Part shown: positions 56,730 to 64,000 of the stretch, piece after piece
Layout: the number at the start of each line of letters is the position of its first letter
Position numbering within the stretch: position 1 is the stretch's first letter
Assembly: GCA_016710165.1 (NCBI GenBank)
Contig: JADJLJ010000005.1
Coordinates: forward strand, 10,937 to 74,936
Length of the DNA: 64,000 nucleotides
Direction of reading: 5' to 3'
Source: Chitinophagaceae bacterium
GTDB taxonomy: Bacteria > Bacteroidota > Bacteroidia > Chitinophagales > Chitinophagaceae
Position numbers and translations under genes: made by a program
Notes under the pieces: model-generated
The model's database searches: none
Told to the model about the DNA's origin: nothing
What the model saw: only the letters and a program-made list of their open reading frames with translations

Positions 56730-57150
56730 GCGCCCATTCCGCATACGAATCCTTTGTTTCATAGATCTTCAGGTATTCTAAGCGGGTATTCCCGGGTAGT
56801 TTTGTGCTTAATTCATCCTTTATAAAGACCAGCATATTTTCTGCGGTAGGTTCAGCCGCAAACACAACCAGGTTTTCCATGGATGCAAAGCCGGGATTGG
56901 CAGCTACAAAGCCGGCAGACAACAATAGCTTGTGATCGAATTTTTCCAGAACCGTATTGCTTACGATCTTTTTGATCTCTTTGAAGTCCATCACAAAGCC
57001 GGGTGCAGGTATATAAGCATCCCGGTTTGTAACAGAGGAAACCGTTACGTGCAACTCATACGAATGGCCATGGATATTTTTACAGGAGCCCTGGTATCCG
57101 TGTATGGCATGTGCCATTTCAAAGTGAAATATTTTTGTAAGCTTCAGCAT
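56698..57150 (-). CDS. queD: 6-carboxy-5,6,7,8-tetrahydropterin synthase (QueD/PTPS)
   Basis: FHFEMAHAI...CKNIHGHSYEL, DFKEIK, FDHKLL, PTAENM and IYET. Confidence 0.9.
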   Translation of the reverse strand: MLKLTKIFHFEMAHAIHGYQGSCKNIHGHSYELHVTVSSVTNRDAYIPAPGFVMDFKEIKKIVSNTVLEKFDHKLLLSAGFVAANPGFASMENLVVFAAEPTAENMLVFIKDELSTKLPGNTRLEYLKIYETKDSYAEWALNPPAGSVLF

Positions 57151-58569
57151 CTATGTTTTTATTTGGGTTGACCAGTTTAATGAGTTGGTTTGTTCCCCGG
57201 CGCTTTCCTTCCTTTTCCGGATGGCTGTTTTGAAGAAACATACGAGCTGGTTCCTCAGCAGGGGAAAGATCAGCAGGTAGAAGCCTGCCGTCATCACTGT
57301 TCCGGCTATGAAGAAAAGGATGAAGTAAGGCCGCAGTTGCAGCATCATCGTGCTGAAAGGGACCCTGGCCGAACTCATCTGCCATTTGGCTTTTACTATG
57401 CCTGCAGTAATGAGGCTGATCCAGAAAATAAGCAGGGAGAGATTTGCAATGAGGTAACCACGGTTGAACCAGTTCCTCCGCTGCTTAACCGGCATGCATG
57501 TATCCTGCAGGATATCCGATGCCATGGCCAGCAAAAGGAAACTGTTGATGCCGATCGTTGCTCCCATGGTATGGGCCACCGTGATATGTGTGCCATGTGT
57601 ATACACATTTATGGCGGGTACCGACATGGCGATCGCCAAAGCCAGCGTCAGGAATATCCAGATATCTGCCGCCACGATGAACCGGTAGGCCGTGTTGTGA
57701 TAATGCTTTCTTGCAGCAGTTAACGTGGACCTCCATTGCCATATGATCCTTCCTAAAATAAAAAGTTCGGTCATACTTACGGCATAACTGATGTGTTTCA
57801 CCCATGGATAGGTTGGCAGGGTATAAATATGATGTCCCCAGTTGAACATCAGGTTGAACAGGCCCGTGAAATAGAGCAGGAAGGCAATGGGGGCCCGGCT
57901 GTAGTTTTTTTCACCGCTGATCTTTTCCATCAGGAATATGCTGCAGCCATAGATGAGCATGTTCCATGCGCCAACCATGGAACCATAGGATTTCCATTGT
58001 ACGGTCATATCATTTACTACGTTGTTCCGGAAGTAAGGGAATAACCATAAATAGGATTCAATAAAAGTGAACAGGAAAAAGACCAGGCCGGTGAGCCACA
58101 TCCATACGTAGACCGGTTGTTTTTTAAAGCCGTCAATTGATCCCAGGAAGTTAATGATGAAGAGTACCCAGCCGGTTGCAATGGGCATGGCCAGGGCCGG
58201 GTGAAATTCCCAGTATTCCCGGCCGCCGAACACACCGGCACAATACGATATCAAAATAGCAAGAACGGAGATCACAAAAATGAACAATTGGATCCTGGCG
58301 AGAAGGGGTGAATAAAGTTCCCTGCCCGTATATTCCCGTAAATAGGTGAGCACGGCTCCCATAGCACCCAGTATGATCCAGAAGACCATGGAAGATACAT
58401 GCAGGGGCCTGGTCATTTCAAAAGAGAGATGTGATTTTAAGAACCCCGGTACCAGGTATTGTAAAGCACCAGTGAGCCCGAATAACATACCGGCTGCAAG
58501 TAATAGCATACCGGCTACCAGGAAAAATTTTGTGACACCGGGTTTATTTCTGTTCAATGGTTCCATCAT
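57151..58569 (-). CDS. Atypical heme-copper oxidase superfamily subunit (NorB/cbb3 subunit I-like, ~12 TM)
   Basis: RPLHVS (helix II His), GREYWEF, WGHHIY, NVYTHGTHITVAHTM. Start overlaps the cytochrome c stop. Confidence 0.8.
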   Translation of the reverse strand: MMEPLNRNKPGVTKFFLVAGMLLLAAGMLFGLTGALQYLVPGFLKSHLSFEMTRPLHVSSMVFWIILGAMGAVLTYLREYTGRELYSPLLARIQLFIFVISVLAILISYCAGVFGGREYWEFHPALAMPIATGWVLFIINFLGSIDGFKKQPVYVWMWLTGLVFFLFTFIESYLWLFPYFRNNVVNDMTVQWKSYGSMVGAWNMLIYGCSIFLMEKISGEKNYSRAPIAFLLYFTGLFNLMFNWGHHIYTLPTYPWVKHISYAVSMTELFILGRIIWQWRSTLTAARKHYHNTAYRFIVAADIWIFLTLALAIAMSVPAINVYTHGTHITVAHTMGATIGINSFLLLAMASDILQDTCMPVKQRRNWFNRGYLIANLSLLIFWISLITAGIVKAKWQMSSARVPFSTMMLQLRPYFILFFIAGTVMTAGFYLLIFPLLRNQLVCFFKTAIRKRKESAGEQTNSLNWSTQIKT

Positions 58570-58960
58570 AACTGAGCGTAAAGGTTTTTGGGTCCGACCT
58601 GCCGGAGGCATCCAGTTGCCTGAAAAATCCCAGCAGGTTTTTTATCTCCGACTGGTCCAAATGAAAATCGGGCATGATGCTGGTCCCGTTCTTGAGGAAT
58701 GCTTCAATATATGCCGGCCCTCTTACCGAGTAAACATTCGTGAGGTCCGGGCCCAGGTATCCGCCCAGGCCATATACCTGGTGGCATGCATTGCAATTAT
58801 ATTTTTGCCATGACAGTTTCCCGGCAGCGGCTTCCAGGTCCTGTTTGATCCTTTTTACCGGCAGGTTGGAATACAGGTAAACGGAATAACACAGGAAGGA
58901 TGACAGTAAAAGAATCAGTACTGAGATCCGCTGCCGGTCGCTGGATAAATGATAACGCAT
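58544..58960 (-). CDS. Membrane-anchored monoheme cytochrome c (NorC-like)
   Basis: N-terminal TM helix; WQKYNCNACHQVYGLGGYLGPDLTNV; MPDF Met ligand. Confidence 0.9.
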   Translation of the reverse strand: MRYHLSSDRQRISVLILLLSSFLCYSVYLYSNLPVKRIKQDLEAAAGKLSWQKYNCNACHQVYGLGGYLGPDLTNVYSVRGPAYIEAFLKNGTSIMPDFHLDQSEIKNLLGFFRQLDASGRSDPKTFTLSYDGTIEQK

Positions 58961-58964
58961 AAAT

Positions 58965-58990
58965 AATTAAGGACAAATTTATCCTTAATT
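58965..58990. promoter_or_regulatory. 26-bp palindromic operator between the divergent cytochrome c and qNor-like genes
   Basis: AATTAAGGACAAA/TTTATCCTTAATT; 12 of 13 positions pair. Confidence 0.75.
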
Positions 58991-58992
58991 GG

Positions 58993-59000
58993 TATATTTG
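58993..59000 (+). promoter_or_regulatory. -7 promoter element (TATATTTG) of the qNor/Nod-like gene
   Basis: TAnnTTTG match 2 bp after the operator and 16 bp before the ATG. Confidence 0.7.
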
Positions 59001-59016
59001 CCAAAATTTCCCTTTC

Positions 59017-61299
59017 ATGGCAAAGTATAACATTATCAACTACCTGCTTAATCCAAGAAATTGGTGGCTGCCGCTACTGGTTATTTTTGTGATCAGCATT
59101 ACAGGGGTAACGATGATCGGGATTCATACATATACAGAAGCCCCGCCCATTCCATCTTATACTTCATCAAAAAATAAAGTCATCTTTTCTGACGAAGAAG
59201 TGCTGAAAGGACAAGCCGTATTTCAGCAATACGCACTTATGGAATACGGGAGTATGTTTGGGGATGGTGCCAACCGTGGGCCCGACTATACAGCGGAAGC
59301 CTTGCACTATGTTTCCCATTACATGAATGAATATTACCAATCCCTGGTGAAAGCCGATTCTTCAGGCGATCTGATGAGAAAAGGGGTGATGGAACAGGTG
59401 AAAGCAGAGATCAAATCGAACCAATATGACAAGGCTGTTAACAAGGTTGTACTTACCGATGCCCAGGTCTATGCAGCCTCTGAACTGGTTGGGTTGTATC
59501 ATCAGAAATTTACCAACCCTTCCTTCCCGGGAGCTTTTAAACCATCCGGGTATATCAGGGATACAGTTGAGATCAGGTCCCTGACGGCCTTTTTCTTCTG
59601 GGGCGCCTGGGTATGTGGTGTGAAAAGACCTGGGCAACAGTATAGCTATACGCATAACTGGCCTTATGATCCCGCGGCCGGAAATACTCCCAGTTCGGCC
59701 ATCATACTATGGAGTATCATAGGTTCGCTGGGGCTGATATTCGGATTGGGTATTGTATTGTATTACCATGGAAAATTGGAAAAACTCGATGATGAGGCTT
59801 TTACAAACAAAGCCCAGCCATTTATGTCAAGGGGCGATGTAAATGAGTTTCAACCCGATGCTGTTCAAAAGGCTACCTACAAATTCTTTTATGTGGCGGT
59901 TTTGTTATTCGCTGTCCAGGTTCTGTCAGGTATTTTAACGGTTCATGATTTTGTTGGATTGGTAAACTTCTTTGGATTCAATATTTCCGAATCTCTTCCT
60001 GTTACCGTAACCAGGAGCTGGCATGTGCAATTATCTATTTTATGGATATCTGCCTGCTGGATAGGCGCTTCGTTTTTTATGATGTCATTGGTTTCGCCAC
60101 AACAACCCAAAAAACAGGTTACGCTTATCAATACCGTTTTCTGGCTTACTTTTTTACTGTTGGCCGGGTCCTTTGCGGGCATATTCCTGGGCCCAATGGG
60201 AATCATCGGAAAGTACTGGTACTGGCTGGGTCACCAGGGATGGGAGTATATGGAACCTGGAAAACTATGGCAGGTAATACTTGCGGTTATATTTATCATA
60301 TGGGCATTAACACTATACCGGGGTATCAAACCGGTAATGAAACTGAAACAGCCATGGGCTTTGCCGAACTGGCTTGTGTATGCAACGTTCAGTATTATCC
60401 TGTTATTGATATCCGGTTTCATTGCAACTCCCAAGACGAATTTTGTGATCGCTGATTTCTGGCGATGGATGGTGGTGCATATGTGGGCTGAAGCTTTTTT
60501 CGAAGTATTCACTACGGTACTGATCGGTTACTTTATGGTGGTAATGGGCCTGGTAAGCAGGCAGGCAGTGATTCGGGTTATTTACCTGGCTACGTTATTA
60601 TTCCTGGGTTCGGGCCTGCTGGGCATCTCGCATAATTTTTACTGGAATGCAAAACCTGTTGGTACCATGGCTTTGGGAGCTGTGTTCTCCACGCTTCAGG
60701 TTATCCCATTGGTATTGCTGACATTGGAAGCGTGGCGATTCAGTAAATTCCCCAACGTGCTGGAAAATAATAACAAAGTAAACGGTGGCCAGCAAAAGCA
60801 GTTTGGTTTTTCAGGGGTATTCCTTTTTTTGGTGGCTGTTAATTTCTGGAATTTTTTCGGAGCCGGGGTGTTGGGTTTTATTATCAATCTTCCCATTGCT
60901 AATTATTATGAGCTTGAAACCTATTTACCAGACAAGCATGGTCATGCAGCACTGATGGGGGTGTACGGAAACCTTGCATTGACCACTATTTTATTTTGCT
61001 GCCAGTTATTATTTAAAGCAGACTGGTGGAAACCCGGCGTTATTAAAACTGTTTTCTGGTCGATCAACATAGGCCTGTTGCTGATGGTTTTCCTTGATCT
61101 GTTTCCTGCAGGAATTTACCAGTTTAAAACAGTAACGGAGCAGGGCCTATGGTATGCCCGTAGCAGTTCATTTATAGAAAGTAACGGATTTCAAACCCTG
61201 ACCTGGCTACGTATTGCAGGTGGTTCGCTATTCACATTGGGAGGAGTGATACCCCTGGTTTGGTTTATCACCCGGGGAAGAAAAGGGTTGAAAATATAA
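59017..61299 (+). CDS. qNor-family protein with nitric oxide dismutase (Nod)-like active-site substitutions
   Basis: YGSMFGDGANRGPDYTAEALH, HNWPYD, VVHMWAEAFFE, ISHNFYW, STLQVIP, HGHAALMGVYG and LRIAGG. Confidence 0.9.
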   Translation: MAKYNIINYLLNPRNWWLPLLVIFVISITGVTMIGIHTYTEAPPIPSYTSSKNKVIFSDEEVLKGQAVFQQYALMEYGSMFGDGANRGPDYTAEALHYVSHYMNEYYQSLVKADSSGDLMRKGVMEQVKAEIKSNQYDKAVNKVVLTDAQVYAASELVGLYHQKFTNPSFPGAFKPSGYIRDTVEIRSLTAFFFWGAWVCGVKRPGQQYSYTHNWPYDPAAGNTPSSAIILWSIIGSLGLIFGLGIVLYYHGKLEKLDDEAFTNKAQPFMSRGDVNEFQPDAVQKATYKFFYVAVLLFAVQVLSGILTVHDFVGLVNFFGFNISESLPVTVTRSWHVQLSILWISACWIGASFFMMSLVSPQQPKKQVTLINTVFWLTFLLLAGSFAGIFLGPMGIIGKYWYWLGHQGWEYMEPGKLWQVILAVIFIIWALTLYRGIKPVMKLKQPWALPNWLVYATFSIILLLISGFIATPKTNFVIADFWRWMVVHMWAEAFFEVFTTVLIGYFMVVMGLVSRQAVIRVIYLATLLFLGSGLLGISHNFYWNAKPVGTMALGAVFSTLQVIPLVLLTLEAWRFSKFPNVLENNNKVNGGQQKQFGFSGVFLFLVAVNFWNFFGAGVLGFIINLPIANYYELETYLPDKHGHAALMGVYGNLALTTILFCCQLLFKADWWKPGVIKTVFWSINIGLLLMVFLDLFPAGIYQFKTVTEQGLWYARSSSFIESNGFQTLTWLRIAGGSLFTLGGVIPLVWFITRGRKGLKI

Positions 61300-61330
61300 A
61301 CAGGGTCCGGTATATTGAAACAATCATCTG

Positions 61331-61822
61331 ATGAAAAGAATACAGCGCCTCTGGCTGAATATTAAAATAAATATTATCTGGTGGCCAACACATTATTTCC
61401 TGATGGCTGGTGCAAAAAAAGCCAAAGGGGAATTGTCATTTAATAAAAAAAGCACCTGTGATAAACCATTGGTATATTCCTGTTCGGGGTGTTCAAGTGC
61501 TGCACAAATGGCCAATTACCTTGCTGTACGGCTTGACAGAAACGGATTGGCGGAAATGTCGTGCATAGTTGGTGTAGGAGGCAATGTAAAGAAACTGGTA
61601 CATACTGCTTTATCCGGAAGGGGAATAATTACCATTGATGGTTGCCCATTGGCATGCTCTAAAGCATGCCTGGGTAATCATTTATTGCAACCTGCCATGC
61701 ATTTTGAATTGACCAGTATGGGGGTTAAAAAAATACAACATGAAGATTTTGACCTGTTTCAGGCTGATGCGGTATTCAATGTGGTAAAGGCAAAAGTGGC
61801 CGCGTTTACAAAACAATATTAA
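61331..61822 (+). CDS. DGC-domain putative zinc-binding protein (start uncertain)
   Basis: VYSCSGCSSAAQMAN, MSCIVGVGG and IDGCPLACSKACL. Confidence 0.85.
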   Translation: MKRIQRLWLNIKINIIWWPTHYFLMAGAKKAKGELSFNKKSTCDKPLVYSCSGCSSAAQMANYLAVRLDRNGLAEMSCIVGVGGNVKKLVHTALSGRGIITIDGCPLACSKACLGNHLLQPAMHFELTSMGVKKIQHEDFDLFQADAVFNVVKAKVAAFTKQY

Positions 61823-61834
61823 AAACAGGATTAA

Positions 61835-62317
61835 ATGAAGAAGCTGAAGAATAATAAAACGGCTGCAGAATCTAGTATCATTAAAACTGAAGTGGTTTGT
61901 CCCAATGATACAAACCCGATGGGCATGTTGAAAGGAGGCAGGTTGGTGGAATGGATGGATGTAACGGCAGCGGTATGTGCACAAACGCATGCTGGAAATA
62001 TCTGTGTTACTGCATCCATCAATCATGTTGATTTCAACACTTCAGCAACGGTGGGTGACATCATCACAATCCATGCAAAGATCACCCGGGCATTTACCAC
62101 TTCGATGGAGATCTTTGTACAGGCTTTTGCAAGGAAAGTGGCCAGCCTGAAAAATTCATTGATCAGTGAGGCTTATTTCACTTTCGTAGCTATTGATGAG
62201 AATGGCATAGCAACATCCGTTTTGAAATTAAAGCCCGTAGCTGCTTCTGAAAAAAGGCAATATGCAGCTGCACTTCACCGGAAGATGCGCAACAGGCTTA
62301 TTCGTTCGGTCATGTAA
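61835..62317 (+). CDS. Acyl-CoA thioesterase (hotdog fold)
   Basis: PNDTNPMGMLKGGRLVEWMD, VTASIN and AYFTFVAIDE. Confidence 0.9.
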   Translation: MKKLKNNKTAAESSIIKTEVVCPNDTNPMGMLKGGRLVEWMDVTAAVCAQTHAGNICVTASINHVDFNTSATVGDIITIHAKITRAFTTSMEIFVQAFARKVASLKNSLISEAYFTFVAIDENGIATSVLKLKPVAASEKRQYAAALHRKMRNRLIRSVM

Positions 62318-62414
62318 TCTGCATCCTGGTAAACCGGAAAATGCATGGACTATCTCATGTACATCATGGCATAATGTTGATTTATTGGAATTCCAGTGGA
62401 ATAAAAAATTTCGG

Positions 62415-63686
62415 ATGAATGACAGAAAAATTGAATTACTAGCCCCGGCAGGGTCATACGAAAGCCTGCAGGCAGCAATAGTCGCAGGCGCGGATTCCAT
62501 TTATTTCGGGGTGGAGCAGCTAAATATGCGTGCACGTTCCTCCGGTTCATTCTCCGTTACTGATATAAAAACAATAAGCAATATTTGCAAAACGAGTGGT
62601 GTGAAGTCGTACATCACGCTTAATACGGTCATGTATGAGCATGATATGCAACTGCTGAAAGTCATATTGCGGCAAGTGAAGAAATACGGAATCAATGCTG
62701 TGATTGCATCGGATTTTTCTGTGATCGAATATTGCAAAAAGCTGGATATACCGTTGCATATTTCAACCCAGGCGAATGTCAGCAATGTTAAATCAGTACA
62801 GTTCTTTTCCGGTTTTTCAGATGCCATCGTAATGGCAAGGGAACTTACATTAAAACAGGTAAAGGATATTGCACGTGAAATACAACGGAAGAAAATAGTA
62901 GGACCTTCCGGTGATTTGATCCGGATTGAAATATTTGTGCATGGTGCTTTATGTATGGCCATTTCAGGAAAATGTTATTTAAGTCTGCACGTACAAAATG
63001 CTTCTGCAAATCGGGGGGCCTGTATGCAGAATTGCAGAAGGGCTTATCTGGTAAGGGATGCTGAGTCGGGAGACGAACTCAGCATCGACAATGAATACAT
63101 CATGTCACCAAAAGATCTGTGTACGATTGAGATACTCGACCGGGTAATCGATAGCGGGGCAGGCATTTTAAAAATTGAAGGGAGAACCAAAGGGGCCGAT
63201 TATGTCCGGGTGGTTACACAGTGTTATCGTGAAGCAATACAGGCAGTGAAGGAAGGAACATTTACAGCAGAAAAAGTGACAAGATGGAAAAATGAATTGC
63301 GAAAGGTTTATAACCGTGGCTTCTGGGAAGGTTATTATCTTGGAAGAAAGTTCGGTGAGTGGACACTTCATCCCGGTTCTGCGGCTACGGAAAAGAAAAT
63401 CTATATCGGTAAAGGGGTGCGGTATTATCCAGAAATTCATATCGGGGAATTTATTCTTGAATCAGGCAATCTGAAAGCTGGAGATACAATGTTGCGAACA
63501 GGGCCGGAATGTGGAATGCTGAAAGATAGGATAAAGACATTCCGGGTAAATGGAATAGATGGTAATGAAGCGGTTAAGGGTGATAGAATTACTTTTCTGG
63601 TGGATTCAAAAGTCACCGTCAGTGACAAGCTTTATAAAATTATTGAAACAGTCAGCCATGCAGAAGATAGTTCAATACAGAAATAA
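62415..63686 (+). CDS. U32-family protein (Fe-S hydroxylase-type, TrhP/RlhA/UbiU family)
   Basis: ELLAPAG, GADSIYFG, HISTQAN, HGALCMAISGKC, NRGACMQNCRR and LKIEGR. Confidence 0.93.
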   Translation: MNDRKIELLAPAGSYESLQAAIVAGADSIYFGVEQLNMRARSSGSFSVTDIKTISNICKTSGVKSYITLNTVMYEHDMQLLKVILRQVKKYGINAVIASDFSVIEYCKKLDIPLHISTQANVSNVKSVQFFSGFSDAIVMARELTLKQVKDIAREIQRKKIVGPSGDLIRIEIFVHGALCMAISGKCYLSLHVQNASANRGACMQNCRRAYLVRDAESGDELSIDNEYIMSPKDLCTIEILDRVIDSGAGILKIEGRTKGADYVRVVTQCYREAIQAVKEGTFTAEKVTRWKNELRKVYNRGFWEGYYLGRKFGEWTLHPGSAATEKKIYIGKGVRYYPEIHIGEFILESGNLKAGDTMLRTGPECGMLKDRIKTFRVNGIDGNEAVKGDRITFLVDSKVTVSDKLYKIIETVSHAEDSSIQK

Positions 63687-63879
63687 GTGTATCGGTTGTG
63701 GTGTTTGTGCAGAACAACAACCGGAACTCTGGCGTATGTCAAGAAAAGACGGCAAAGCTATTTTATTAAGGGCGGTGAAGAAGAAGGAAATATTTGTATT
63801 GCCAATGAACAATTCAGCTCACCAAAAAACACTCGAAGTGATCCAGGTCTGCCCGGTAAAAAGTATAAAAATATCATGA
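63658..63879 (+). CDS. Ferredoxin (single-cluster)
   Basis: CIGCGVC...VCPVKSI; overlaps the U32 gene stop. Confidence 0.85.
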   Translation: MQKIVQYRNKCIGCGVCAEQQPELWRMSRKDGKAILLRAVKKKEIFVLPMNNSAHQKTLEVIQVCPVKSIKIS

Positions 63880-64000
63880 ACAAGACCATCATTCAATTTC
63901 TTTGTGAGCAAAATTGTGCAAGTATTTGCTGTATAGATGAAGAAGGCAGGCCTTACTGTTTTAGTTGTTTCTATGTATTCAACAGTAAACAGGCGCTGAT
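63876..64000 (+). CDS. Pyridoxamine-5'-phosphate oxidase-like (YhbP-type) protein, partial
   Basis: Translated by hand: MNKTIIQFLCEQNCASICCIDEEGRPYCFSCFYVFNSKQAL; ATGA overlap with the ferredoxin stop. Confidence 0.6.
   Translation, partial: MNKTIIQFLCEQNCASICCIDEEGRPYCFSCFYVFNSKQAL

Noticed and set aside
62415-63686. Collagenase/protease
   Set aside because: This is a legacy annotation of U32; the Cys motif and the linked ferredoxin fit an Fe-S hydroxylase better.
46133-64000. Genomic island integrated at the ssrA 3' end
   Set aside because: I saw no integrase and no repeated ssrA 3' att sequence in the window. It cannot be excluded beyond base 64000.

Overview
A 64-kb window from a Bacteroidota genome, most likely Chitinophagaceae (inferred from TAnnTTTG -7 promoter motifs, a hybrid two-component system, the tmRNA tag GNTSYAMAA and a Bacteroidota-type arg operon). 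Bases 1-46,000 are mainly housekeeping: purK, hppD, lysC, fbp, folC, yggS, acyl-CoA dehydrogenase, aat, clpS, tRNA-Val, mtaB, an 8-gene arginine operon, dxr, rseP, a MutS-like gene and ssrA. A few lineage-specific secreted proteins are interspersed. Bases 46,000-64,000 form a low-oxygen/nitrosative-stress-type block with FNR/CRP-like boxes. Two things stand out. (1) A divergent pair shares one palindromic operator. One side is a qNor paralogue carrying the active-site changes of putative NO dismutases (His->Asn, Glu->Gln, quinol-site Asp->Gly). The other side is a NorC/NorB-like pair with a rebuilt metal centre, co-oriented with queD and an Fe-S Rrf2 regulator. (2) The window holds many short palindromic/REP-like elements. 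An intact GIY-YIG nuclease, bracketed by inverted copies of one repeat family, is fused in frame to PurK. Perfect 18-20-bp palindromes sit inside other hairpins, inside a duplicated tmRNA 5' end and in frame in proteins. Several single-base homopolymer indels (FKBP, ftsH, tmRNA T-arm) suggest assembly errors, so residue-level claims need read-level confirmation. All family assignments are from motif recognition by eye; no database searches were run.
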